Source: Oribacterium sinus
Lineage (GTDB): Bacteria; Bacillota; Clostridia; Lachnospirales; Lachnospiraceae
Assembly (NCBI RefSeq): GCF_963553175.1
Contig: NZ_CAUVME010000009.1
Location: 9,310 to 73,309, forward strand
DNA length: 64,000 nucleotides
Direction: 5' to 3'
The position numbers were made by a program, and so were the translations under genes. Below the pieces are notes generated by a model that was not told the origin of the DNA, did not search any database, and saw only the letters and a program-made list of their open reading frames with translations. Positions 48,905-57,988 of the stretch are shown one piece after another. Within the stretch, counting starts at the first letter, position 1. Each line of letters begins with the position of its first letter.

Positions 48905-49820
48905 TCTGGGATTACTGTTAAATGCGGTTTTGATTTCTACACCACCCCTCCTCTTGGCAGGGCTTGGTTCTTGTTGCTCCGAACGTTCCGGTGTGGTAAA
49001 TATCGGAATCGAAGGAATGATGACTCTGGGCGCCTTTGTAGGAGCCTGTGTGGCCTATTTTACCGGAAACGGATGGCTGGGATTTTTTGCGGGAGGCTGT
49101 GCCGGAGCTCTTCTTGGCTTGATTCATGCGGTGGTTTGCGTGTCCCTTCATGCGGATCAAACCATTGCGGGAACGGCCATTAACTTTGTCGGACCGGGCT
49201 TTGCAGTTTTCCTTTGCAAAGCTATTTTTGACAATTCTTCGGACACACCGGCTTTGGATTTATCCGCAAAGCTTCCGAAGATGTTTGAAGGAAAGTTTGC
49301 TTCAGGTTCCTTCCTGTATAATGTGGTAAGCACCTATTCCGTGGCTTATCTTAGCTTTCTTTTGGTGCTTTTGCTTTGGTTTATCTTCTTTAAAACCCGT
49401 TACGGTATGCGGCTCCGAGCAGCAGGAGAACACCCCTGGGCCTGTGAAACCCTGGGAATCAATGTTTATAAGGTTCGCTACATTGCGGTGATTCTTTCCG
49501 GCTTTTTGTCCGGCCTGGGAGGAGCCTTTGTGACCTTGGCTACCGTATCCCAATTCCGCCCCTCCGTTATCGTGGGACAGGGATTTATCGCCATTGCGGC
49601 GGTGATTTTTGGAAAATTCACGCCCCAGGGAACCTTCCTGGGCTGCCTGATTTTCGGATTGTGTAACGGTCTTCGTGCATTGCTTGGATCCGGAAATATG
49701 GTATCTCCTCACTTGCTCTCCATGATTCCCTATGTGGTAACCATCCTGACCTTGGTATTCTTTGTAGGAGCAGGACACGTACCAAAGGCAAACGGCAGAA
49801 TCTTTGTTCGGACGAGATAA
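48894..49820 (+). CDS. Nucleoside ABC transporter permease (NupC-like)
   Basis: SERSGVVNIGIEGMM, RLRAAGEHP, GQGFIAIAAVIFG, MIPYVVT. Confidence 0.92.
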   Translation: MLNDLGLLLNAVLISTPPLLLAGLGSCCSERSGVVNIGIEGMMTLGAFVGACVAYFTGNGWLGFFAGGCAGALLGLIHAVVCVSLHADQTIAGTAINFVGPGFAVFLCKAIFDNSSDTPALDLSAKLPKMFEGKFASGSFLYNVVSTYSVAYLSFLLVLLLWFIFFKTRYGMRLRAAGEHPWACETLGINVYKVRYIAVILSGFLSGLGGAFVTLATVSQFRPSVIVGQGFIAIAAVIFGKFTPQGTFLGCLIFGLCNGLRALLGSGNMVSPHLLSMIPYVVTILTLVFFVGAGHVPKANGRIFVRTR

Positions 49821-49922
49821 GGAAGAGTAGCGAGTATAAAGACAACGATGAAAGTAAAACAACCGGTCAGGGCAATAACTGCGGTTAAAGCAAAGATAGT
49901 AGAAGAGAAGGGAAGTAAAGAA

Positions 49923-51098
49923 ATGAATTGGAAAGATTTATGGAATAAAAAATACCTGATGATTTCGGTATATGTATTGCTGACGGCACTCCTGTATCAT
50001 CTGGGAAGCCGTTTGGTGGATCATCTGGAAGGGATTCCCTCATTATGGACAAGGCACTTTTCCTGGCTGTCCCAAGTGACTTCTCCTTTGCTCTTGGGAT
50101 TTGCTTTGGCGTATTTGCTGAGTCCTCTCTGTACCATACTGGAGAGGGCCTTAGGGAAAATTCCTCTTTTTCAGAAGAAAGAGAAACTACGGAAAAATCT
50201 GGGCATTCTGCTTTGCTATCTCTTGATATTACTTTTTCTGGTACTGCTTGCCTCTCTTTTTGTATCCGTCCTGACCAAAAATATTCAGCTGATTCAGGGA
50301 GAAGATTTTGCTAAGGGATTGGAGAGCGTACTGCTTCTTTTAAAAAGTTTTTATGAGGACTTGAACCAAAGAGTTTCAGAGATTCCTATTGCGGGAAATG
50401 ATTTGCAGGAGGGAATACGAACTTTTTTAGCAAAGCTTTTAAGCTTTGTACAAAAACTGGGCAGTAATTTCATATCCTCTGTGGGAAATATGGGAAGCCT
50501 GATAGGCACTCTGCTCTTTGGTATTATTTTTTCTATTTATTTTCTGGCAGATGGGGTAAAGATTGCGCTATATTGGGAAAGAATTTTTCGCCTAATCTTG
50601 GGGGAAAAGAGAGTTTTAGCCTTTCGCGGATTTCTAAAGGATGCGGATAGAGCCTTTTCCGGTTATATCCGTGGACAGATGATTGACGGCATCATTATGG
50701 CTATTTTGGTTAGTTTTAGCCTAAGTCTTATAGGGGTACGCTATGCCGTAGCCATAGGAATTCTTACCGGGATTGGAAATCTAATACCCTATGTGGGTCC
50801 CTTTGTAGCCTATGGAACCACCATTTTGGTTTGCGCTCTTTACGGAGACTTTGCCAAGCTGCTTCCTGCTGTATTGGCGGTTTTTGTGATTCAAACCATA
50901 GATGGAAATGTGATTAACCCTAGACTCCTCTCCAACAGTATAGACATTCATCCCCTGCTGGTGATTATTTCTTTGATTATCGGAGGGGCAGTGGGCGGCG
51001 TTTTGGGTATTTTCTTGGCAGCCCCCATCGCCGGTTTGATTAAGTTACAGGTGGATCGGATGATAGAAAGAGGGGAAGCAAAGAAGGCGAATTTATAA
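49923..51098 (+). CDS. AI-2E family transporter
   Basis: YIRGQMID, NLIPYVGP, QTIDGNVINPRL. Confidence 0.92.
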   Translation: MNWKDLWNKKYLMISVYVLLTALLYHLGSRLVDHLEGIPSLWTRHFSWLSQVTSPLLLGFALAYLLSPLCTILERALGKIPLFQKKEKLRKNLGILLCYLLILLFLVLLASLFVSVLTKNIQLIQGEDFAKGLESVLLLLKSFYEDLNQRVSEIPIAGNDLQEGIRTFLAKLLSFVQKLGSNFISSVGNMGSLIGTLLFGIIFSIYFLADGVKIALYWERIFRLILGEKRVLAFRGFLKDADRAFSGYIRGQMIDGIIMAILVSFSLSLIGVRYAVAIGILTGIGNLIPYVGPFVAYGTTILVCALYGDFAKLLPAVLAVFVIQTIDGNVINPRLLSNSIDIHPLLVIISLIIGGAVGGVLGIFLAAPIAGLIKLQVDRMIERGEAKKANL

Positions 51099-51104
51099 AT
51101 TTAC

Positions 51105-51259
51105 GGTTTTCTAATAAGGATAGGGATGAAATTCGTGGCACGCTTTCGCTAACTTCGCCCTGCAGCGGATACTAAGCGAAAAACTACAGTACCTTAGTTT
51201 TTCGCAAGTACCGGCGGGCTCAGATTGCCACTCATTTCATCCCTATCCTATAGAAAACC
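51105..51259 (+). repeat. Palindromic repeat element, copy 4
   Basis: Arms GGTTTTCTA..AGGATAGGGATGAAAT and ATTTCATCCCTATCCT..TAGAAAACC; core GTGGCACGCTTTCGCTAACTTCGCC...GGCGGGCTCAGATTGCCAC. Confidence 0.85.
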
Positions 51260-51309
51260 TGGTTGAATTTATTGCTTCACCTCTTAATGATAATTGAAAC
51301 AATATAGGT

Positions 51310-51885
51310 TTAAATGCAGTTCGGGTGTTGAACCCCTTTCTTCAGTTGTGCAGCTTTTTCAGCACCTTCCAGTCTTTCCACCAGTGCCAAAGCGAAGTCT
51401 AAAGCGACGCCCATTCCTCTCCCGGTGATGATCTGTTTTCCGACTTCCACGGCTTTTCCGCTCCATTTTGCACCGTCTACGTCGGAGATGCCTTCTTCAA
51501 AGCCCGGATAGCAGGTGAAGTGTTGCCCTTTCAAAAATCCCAGACGTCCGAAAATGCCGGGAGCGGCACAGATTGCGGCCAGATCCTTTCCTGCTTGGAA
51601 CTGCTTTTGCAAAGCTTCCAGCAGGCTTTTATTTTCCTCTAAGTGGGGAACGCCCGGGATTCCACCGGGTAAGAAAAGTAAATCTGCGGCGGAAAAATCA
51701 TTTTCCGTAAGCTCGGAAATATTCTTATCACAGAGGATGGTAATCTGGTGGGAGCCCTTCACGAGCTTATCCGGAGCAACTGCAATAAGCTCCACCGAAA
51801 CACCGGCTCTTCGTAAAATATCCACCACCATTAAACATTCAATTTCTTCCGTGCCTTCCGCAAAAAATGCCAGTACCTTTTTCAT
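51310..51885 (-). CDS. DJ-1/PfpI family protein (ThiJ/YajL-like)
   Basis: EEIE..VDILRRAG, LPGG, AAICAAP, TCYPG; true start ATG 51885 after AAGGAG. Confidence 0.93.
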   Translation of the reverse strand: MKKVLAFFAEGTEEIECLMVVDILRRAGVSVELIAVAPDKLVKGSHQITILCDKNISELTENDFSAADLLFLPGGIPGVPHLEENKSLLEALQKQFQAGKDLAAICAAPGIFGRLGFLKGQHFTCYPGFEEGISDVDGAKWSGKAVEVGKQIITGRGMGVALDFALALVERLEGAEKAAQLKKGVQHPNCI

Positions 51886-51912
51886 AGAAACTCCTTTCAA
51901 TGCTTTTTGTAT

Positions 51913-52011
51913 TTCATTACAGTCATTACTTTCATTACAGCCATTACCGCCATTACTTTCATTACAGCAATTATAGCCATTACTTTCATTACATCCATTA
52001 CTTTTATTGCT
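51913..52011. repeat. 9-bp minisatellite (about 11 units, core CATTAC)
   Basis: TCATTACAG/CCATTACTT/CCATTACCG units at 9-bp period upstream of the DJ-1 gene. Confidence 0.85.
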
Positions 52012-52287
52012 GCCGGTGCTTAGCTTTCTTACACTACGATACATATCTTACTCCATTTTTTGAAAAAGAAATAGAGTGAGAAGAATTGTGAGCAGAAGAG
52101 CAGGAAAATGTTTGAAAAAGCTTTGGAAAATTTTACCTTGCAAAAAAAAGCTTTTTGAATAAAATATTAAAAGTAGTATAAAATTGTAATAATTTCACTA
52201 ATCATATCAGTAAAGTACAGGATTTCTTTGGCGGAAATGTCGTAAAAGTGGAGTGTAAGGGTGATTGGTTGAAAGAAGGGAGAGTCT

Positions 52288-53634
52288 ATGGGAGAAAACA
52301 AAGAAATAGTAGAGGAAAGTGGAATGATGTCGCAGAACAGCGCAGATGTAGAGAGAGAAGGCAGCTCGAAACAGAACCCGCAAAATAAGGGAGGGCTTGG
52401 AGCCTATAAGGAACCGCTGCTTCTCCTGCTGTGTGTAACGATAGGTGCTGTTTTAGGATTGGTATTTCGGGAGAAGGTGGCATTTTTAAAGCCGGTGGGA
52501 CAGATTTTTCTAAATCTTTTGTTTACCCTCCTGGTACCGCTGATTTTCTTCTCTATTTCCGCCTCCATTGCCAACGTATCGGATACCAACAAGGTAGGAA
52601 AATTGCTTTTTTACCTGATTCTGATTTTTGTGGGTACCGCAGCTATCGCGGCTATATTGATGTTTACCGTAGTGCATTTTGTGGGACTGGATACCAATTT
52701 GAATCTGGTATCGGAGGCGGTAGAAGAAATCAAGAAAACGGATATGGCTACGCAGATTGTAGACATGTTCACGGTTTCCGACTTCCCATTGGTCATCAGC
52801 CGGGCCCACATCCTTCCTTTAATTATCTTTTCCATCTTTACCGGAATGGCAGTTTCTCTAATGGGAAAGGAAGGCGAATACATTGCCAATTTCCTCAGTC
52901 AGTGGTCCAAGGTCTTTTATAAGATGGTTTCTCTTTTAATGAAGCTGGCCCCCATTGGAATCGGGGCCTATTTTGCGGATTTAACCGGTACCTATGGAAT
53001 GGATTTGATTAAAACCTATGGAAGAGCCTTACTTACCTTTTATCCCACGGTTATCGTATATTTCTTCCTTTTCCTTGGCTTCTATGCTTTTCTGGCAGCA
53101 GGCCCCTGGGGAGTGAAAAATTTCTTCCGGGTAATTTTCCTTCCGGCATTAACGGCATTGGGAACCAGAAGCTCTGCAGCAGCCATTCCCTTACAGCTGG
53201 AATCCTGTGACGAACTGGGCGTTCCGAGAGAGATTTCCTCAGTGGTAATTCCTACCGGAGCCACCTGCCACATGGATGGAGCATGTCTTGCGACAGTATA
53301 TGAGATTTTATTGGTTTCCGCACTCTTCGGCCATTCCTTCCATGGAATAGGAGATTATCTTTATGCGATAGTGGTATCCGTAGTAGCCAGCGTGGCAGTT
53401 TCCTCCGTACCCGGTGGCGGAGCTGCGATGGAAACCATGATTCTTGCGGCCTTCGGTTTTCCGCCACAGGCCTTGCCTATGATGCTGATGCTGACCCAGC
53501 TTTTTGACGCCGGATGTACTTTATTGAACTCCTGCGGCGATACGGTGGCCTCCATGCTGATCAGTAGAATCATGCTGGGAAAGGATTGGTATAAGAAAAA
53601 GGAAAGCAGAGAGCTTTCTTCTGAAAATGCTTAA
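52288..53634 (+). CDS. Dicarboxylate/amino acid:cation symporter (DAACS)
   Basis: GTRSSAAAIP, GATCHMDG, SVPGGG, TLLNSCGD. Confidence 0.93.
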   Translation: MGENKEIVEESGMMSQNSADVEREGSSKQNPQNKGGLGAYKEPLLLLLCVTIGAVLGLVFREKVAFLKPVGQIFLNLLFTLLVPLIFFSISASIANVSDTNKVGKLLFYLILIFVGTAAIAAILMFTVVHFVGLDTNLNLVSEAVEEIKKTDMATQIVDMFTVSDFPLVISRAHILPLIIFSIFTGMAVSLMGKEGEYIANFLSQWSKVFYKMVSLLMKLAPIGIGAYFADLTGTYGMDLIKTYGRALLTFYPTVIVYFFLFLGFYAFLAAGPWGVKNFFRVIFLPALTALGTRSSAAAIPLQLESCDELGVPREISSVVIPTGATCHMDGACLATVYEILLVSALFGHSFHGIGDYLYAIVVSVVASVAVSSVPGGGAAMETMILAAFGFPPQALPMMLMLTQLFDAGCTLLNSCGDTVASMLISRIMLGKDWYKKKESRELSSENA

Positions 53635-53873
53635 AGCAGATAAAAGTTGGCTAATTCTCCTTCTGAAAATGCCTAAAGGCAGATGAAAAACCGGCCAAAC
53701 CGACTTCCGAAATAAGCCGGCAAGCAACGAAAAAATATACTGTTTTAAAGCAGAAAAAGTACGGTATATTTCATTTATATCTATGCATAAAATGGATTTA
53801 TGCAAAAAGCTCAAATTGATAATTATTTTAATGAAGAAAACAGGATAAAATGCCCAAAAGGATTGAAAAAGAA

Positions 53874-53902
53874 TTGACAAGCCAGGAGAAATAGGGTAGA
53901 AT
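53874..53902 (+). promoter_or_regulatory. Sigma-A promoter
   Basis: TTGACA (53874-53879), 17 bp, TAGAAT (53897-53902). Confidence 0.7.
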
Positions 53903-53908
53903 TGCCTT

Positions 53909-54009
53909 ACTCGAATCGATAAGGATTCGACCTAAAAATTGGCGAACAGGTTTAATCGACCCTTACTACTCTATACAGCAGAGGACCCGACGGAGACGCC
54001 GGGTTTTTT
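53909..54009 (+). ncRNA. Candidate ~100-nt structured small RNA or attenuator leader
   Basis: Lies between the promoter and terminator ACCCGACG-GAGA-CGCCGGGTTTTTT; hairpins TCGAATC/GATTCGA, ACCT/AGGT, CTCT/AGAG; no ORF. Confidence 0.45.
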
Positions 54010-54405
54010 GCTATCTATAAGGAAATACAAGGATTTTCCCAAAAGGAGTCAGAAAGAAAAGAAAAAGCTCCTGTGCATAAGGAAGGAGATTTTATGCAAT
54101 TTCCCTTAAAGATTAATTATAGTAAAAACACATAAAAAGAGAGTTTTATAAGAATTCAAAATTAGACTTTAACCATTCCCTTAGATAAAATAGATGCGGT
54201 CGGAGAAGAATACTCATCATTGTCTTTCCTCAAAATCACTTTTCCGAGAAACAGAAGTGAGCGTAAAATATTTTCCTTTCATAGACCGGAAAGAGCCTAT
54301 CAGAAGGGGGAATTTTTTTTATCCCGATAAGCGAAAGAAATTTCGTCAGGGAGATTCTGTTTACTACATTCAATGTTGGAAAGACGTCATAAAAGGAGAA
54401 AAAAC

Positions 54406-54957
54406 ATGGAGTCTATTGTTACTTATCATGCAACGAAGGTAAGCCCTCAGGAAGTACAGAGAAAGGCAGAAGAGCAGTATGCCGGCGGATATTTCTGCTG
54501 TGAGGCGGTAATGTCCGTAATCCGTGACGCTTTCCAGGCTGATGTTCCGGAGTCCGTTATTGCCATGTCTTCCGGTATGTCTATCGGAGCAGGTCGTTCC
54601 GGCTGTATGTGCGGAGCTTTAAACGGCGGAATCCTTGCTCTTGGTATGTTCTTCGGTAGAACAACACCGGACGGACCTAAGGATCCAAAGGTAAATTCTT
54701 TAATGGCATTGTCCAAGGAATTACACGATTGGTTCAGAGATTCCAATGCTAAGCATGCCGCTTGCTGCCGTGTTCTTACCAGAGGCTTTGATATGGCAGG
54801 GGGAGAGCATAAGAAGCAGTGTATTGCTTTCACAGGACTTTGCGCCGGAAAGGTTGCAGAGATTCTTTGCCGAGAGTTAGGAGTTGAAAATGTTGATTCC
54901 GAGCCTATTAAGGGTCTGGAAGCACCTTACCTTCCACCTGTAAAAGAAGTGGTATAA
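54406..54957 (+). CDS. C-GCAxxG-C-C family putative redox-active protein
   Basis: YFCCEAV, GCMCGALNGG, CCRVL, KQC; AAGGAG RBS before ATG 54406. Confidence 0.88.
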   Translation: MESIVTYHATKVSPQEVQRKAEEQYAGGYFCCEAVMSVIRDAFQADVPESVIAMSSGMSIGAGRSGCMCGALNGGILALGMFFGRTTPDGPKDPKVNSLMALSKELHDWFRDSNAKHAACCRVLTRGFDMAGGEHKKQCIAFTGLCAGKVAEILCRELGVENVDSEPIKGLEAPYLPPVKEVV

Positions 54958-54966
54958 GGAGGAAGT

Positions 54967-55881
54967 ATGGAAAAAATCAAAAGAGTGCCCTTGGCTATTT
55001 CCGGTGTGATTTTGGGAATGGCGGCTTTGGGAAATTTATTACAGTCCTACGGTGAGGGGATTCGCCTGATTTTTGGAGGAGTAGCCTTTGTACTGCTCCT
55101 TCTTCTTCTGTGTAAGGCGATTTTCTTTCCGCAGGTACTCAAAGAAGAATTCAGCAATCCCATTGGCGCCGGTGTTACCGCCACCTTCCCCATGGCTTTA
55201 ATGCTGTTTTCCGTGTATGCAAAGCCCTTTGTTCCGGGCATTGCCTTTCCCTTATGGTGTGTAGCCATCCTGCTACAGATTCTTTTACTCCTCTATTTCA
55301 CCAAGACCTACGTTTTACACTTTGAGGAGAAAAATGTCCATACAGTATGGTACATCGTTTATGTGGGAATCGTAGTGGCATCCCTTACTTCTCCTGCTTA
55401 TAAAATGCAGGCTTTGGGACAGGGAATCTTTTACTTCGGCTTTATCGCCCTGCTGATTCTTTTGGTGGTGGTTTCGAAACGTTATCTGAAAATGCCGGTA
55501 CCGGAACCTGCAAAGCCTTTAATGATGATCTATGCAGCACCTATGGCTCTTTGCACTGCCGGCTATAATCAGGCATTTGCAGAGAAGAATCAGGGATTTG
55601 TACTCTTCTTACTGGCAGCAACCTCAGTGATTTACCTTTTTGCCCTGGTAAAGAGCATTTCCTTCCTGAAGCTCCCCTTCTACCCAAGCTATGCAGCCTT
55701 CACCTTCCCCTTTGTTATTTCCGCTATTGCTACAAAGCAAAGCGTGATGGTTTTAGGGAAAATGGGAATGAGCCTTGCCTTCATGCAGCCGGTGGTTTTA
55801 CTGGAAACCATCATTGCCGCAGGCTTTACCATCTATGCCTGCCTGAGATTTTTGGAGCATATCTTCCTTAAAAAGGCTTAA
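54967..55881 (+). CDS. TDT/SLAC1 family (TehA-like) anion transporter
   Basis: About 10 TMs; ATFPMALM, WYIVYVGI, PSYAAFTFPFVISA. Confidence 0.88.
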   Translation: MEKIKRVPLAISGVILGMAALGNLLQSYGEGIRLIFGGVAFVLLLLLLCKAIFFPQVLKEEFSNPIGAGVTATFPMALMLFSVYAKPFVPGIAFPLWCVAILLQILLLLYFTKTYVLHFEEKNVHTVWYIVYVGIVVASLTSPAYKMQALGQGIFYFGFIALLILLVVVSKRYLKMPVPEPAKPLMMIYAAPMALCTAGYNQAFAEKNQGFVLFLLAATSVIYLFALVKSISFLKLPFYPSYAAFTFPFVISAIATKQSVMVLGKMGMSLAFMQPVVLLETIIAAGFTIYACLRFLEHIFLKKA

Positions 55882-55923
55882 TATAGAAAGTCTCAAAGGG
55901 ACTGAGAAAAATAGAATGAAACA

Positions 55924-56063
55924 GCGTATCGAATCAATAGGTCCGAAGCAGGGGTAATCTGAGCCCATGGGTTCTTAGCTTTTGTTCTTTGAAAGCTTAG
56001 AACCCCTATGAGGCGAAGTTAGCGAGAGCGTGCCCCGCTTCGGACCTATTGATTCGATAGCGC
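55924..56063 (-). repeat. Palindromic repeat element, copy 5
   Basis: Arms TATCGAATCAATAGGTCCGAAGC and GCTTCGGACCTATTGATTCGATA; core reversed GGGGTAATCTGAGCCC...GGCGAAGTTAGCGAGAGCGTGCCCC. Confidence 0.85.
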
Positions 56064-56243
56064 TAGTAATGGTGATAGTGATAGTCCCTTTGATACCCCC
56101 GTTAGTTTCTCCTATTTGTTTCTAAAATTCTCTTTATTCTTTGGAGAATTCCTTGTCATTGAAGTTTTTCTCTGTTATCCTAAGGAAACACTTGCGGAGA
56201 TGGACAGACAGAATAGTTGAAGGACAACGGAAAAGGGGAAGCA

Positions 56244-56630
56244 ATGAGCGATTTTTCATTTAATCATTTTAATTTCAATGTACTGGATCTGCAGAGAAGT
56301 ATGCGCTTTTATGAGGAAGCGCTGGACTTACATGAATTAAGCAGAAATGAGCAGGATGATTTTATCATCGTGTATCTGGGAGATGATTCTACGGATTTTC
56401 GTTTGGAGTTAACCTATCTGAAGAATAGAACAGAAGCCTATGACTTGGGAGAGCAGGAGTTCCATTTGGCTCTTAGGACTGTGGATATCGGTGCAGCCCA
56501 TGACCGGCATGAAAAGATGGGATGCATTTGTTTTGAGAATCACGGCATGGGAATTTATTTTATCGAAGACCCGGATGGATACTGGATTGAGATAATTCCG
56601 GATAGAACCAAGCCTATTACTTGGCGATAA
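56244..56630 (+). CDS. VOC family protein / lactoylglutathione lyase
   Basis: FNHFNFNV, LELTY, HLAL, YFIEDPDGYWIEI. Confidence 0.9.
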   Translation: MSDFSFNHFNFNVLDLQRSMRFYEEALDLHELSRNEQDDFIIVYLGDDSTDFRLELTYLKNRTEAYDLGEQEFHLALRTVDIGAAHDRHEKMGCICFENHGMGIYFIEDPDGYWIEIIPDRTKPITWR

Positions 56631-56643
56631 GGTAAGAATAAAG

Positions 56644-56684
56644 AAAGCGACTTCTAAGGGATTTTCCCAAGGAAGTCGCTTTTT
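56644..56684. terminator. Bidirectional terminator between convergent genes
   Basis: AAAGCGACTTC...GAAGTCGCTTTT. Confidence 0.75.
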
Positions 56685-56789
56685 GCATTTTTAACGAGTA
56701 TCGCTAGCGTAGTGTGCGGTATATCGTTTATGAGTTTTACATTATGTGGTAACAGAGCTAAAATTTATAAAATCAAAGATTTAAGGTGA

Positions 56790-57971
56790 TTATTGTCCGT
56801 TTAGAAAACCTTCCGCCAGAGCCACGAAAGCGGCACTTCCCTTCCAAAGAACATCCTCATCCACGATAAACTTAGCGTGGTGGTGGGGGTAATCGGTTCC
56901 CTTTTCCGGATTGGAGGAGCTTAAAAACAAAAAGCATCCCGGAACTCTCTGCTGGTATAGGGCAAAGTCCTCCCCGATCATACTGGGCTTGTCTATGTGG
57001 GTCAGGAGCTTATCCTGAAAAACTTCTCTGAGGCAGCCCTGCGCCAATGCAGTCAGATCCGAATCATTGGTAACAGGCGGTGCACCAAAGTCCATGGTGA
57101 GGCTTACGTTTCCGCCAAAGGCCTTGGCAGTATTTTCTGAAACTTCCTTGATACGCTTTGCCAGTCTTTGCCGCACATCTTCCTGAAATGCCCGGGTGGT
57201 GCCTTCAATCCGTACAGTGGAGGGAATCGCATTGTAGAGCTCTCCTCCATGAATCAGGCCGATGGTGAGAATGGCAGGCTCCGTTCCGGCAATTTCTCTG
57301 GAGGGAATCGCCTGCAAAGCCAATACAATATGGGCGGCAATGTTGATGGGGTCAATGCCTTTCTCCGGAGTGGAGGCGTGACACCCCACACCCTGCACCT
57401 CCAGGATAAAACGATCATAGGACGCCATTACCGGACCGGGGACACAGACTATATTACCACTGGGAATATCCTTGCCTAAGATGCTTCCGATATGCATGCC
57501 GAAAATGGCATCTACCCCTTCTAAAGCGCCTTTTTCCAGCAAAACAGTAGCCCCCTTTGCCTGCTCCTCAGCGGTTTGAAAGAGAAAACGGATTTCTCCC
57601 CTCAGTTCCTCTCGATGGGGATAGAGAACCCGAATAGCGCCCAACAGCATGGCGGTGTGGGCATCATGGCCACAGGCATGCATACATCCCTTATGCTCGG
57701 AACAAAAGGGGAGCTCAGTATCTTCTGTTATGGGCAGGGCATCCATGTCCGCCCGAAGAGCCAGAACTTTTCCGGGCTGCTTTCCCTTTAAAGTGGCGAT
57801 AATGCTGCTGTCCTTTTCAGAAAGCTGATAAGGAATGCCGATTTCTTCTAATTGATGAGTAACATACTCTCGAGTTTTTGGCAAATGAAAGCCAAGCTCC
57901 GGTATTTTATGCAAGTCCCTTCGCATGGCAATAATCTTTGCTTCTATACTTTTGCATTCTTCCCACCACAT
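56790..57971 (-). CDS. M20D family amidohydrolase
   Basis: RRDLHKIPE, LRADMDALP, MHACGHDAH, AEE, GEDF. Confidence 0.94.
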   Translation of the reverse strand: MWWEECKSIEAKIIAMRRDLHKIPELGFHLPKTREYVTHQLEEIGIPYQLSEKDSSIIATLKGKQPGKVLALRADMDALPITEDTELPFCSEHKGCMHACGHDAHTAMLLGAIRVLYPHREELRGEIRFLFQTAEEQAKGATVLLEKGALEGVDAIFGMHIGSILGKDIPSGNIVCVPGPVMASYDRFILEVQGVGCHASTPEKGIDPINIAAHIVLALQAIPSREIAGTEPAILTIGLIHGGELYNAIPSTVRIEGTTRAFQEDVRQRLAKRIKEVSENTAKAFGGNVSLTMDFGAPPVTNDSDLTALAQGCLREVFQDKLLTHIDKPSMIGEDFALYQQRVPGCFLFLSSSNPEKGTDYPHHHAKFIVDEDVLWKGSAAFVALAEGFLNGQ

Positions 57972-57988
57972 ACATTTTCCTTTCCTTC

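Noticed and set aside
53938..53952. ZTP (pfl) riboswitch similarity (TGGCGAACAGGT)
   Set aside because: The 3' conserved GCCTGGG element is absent and the downstream genes are not purine or folate related.
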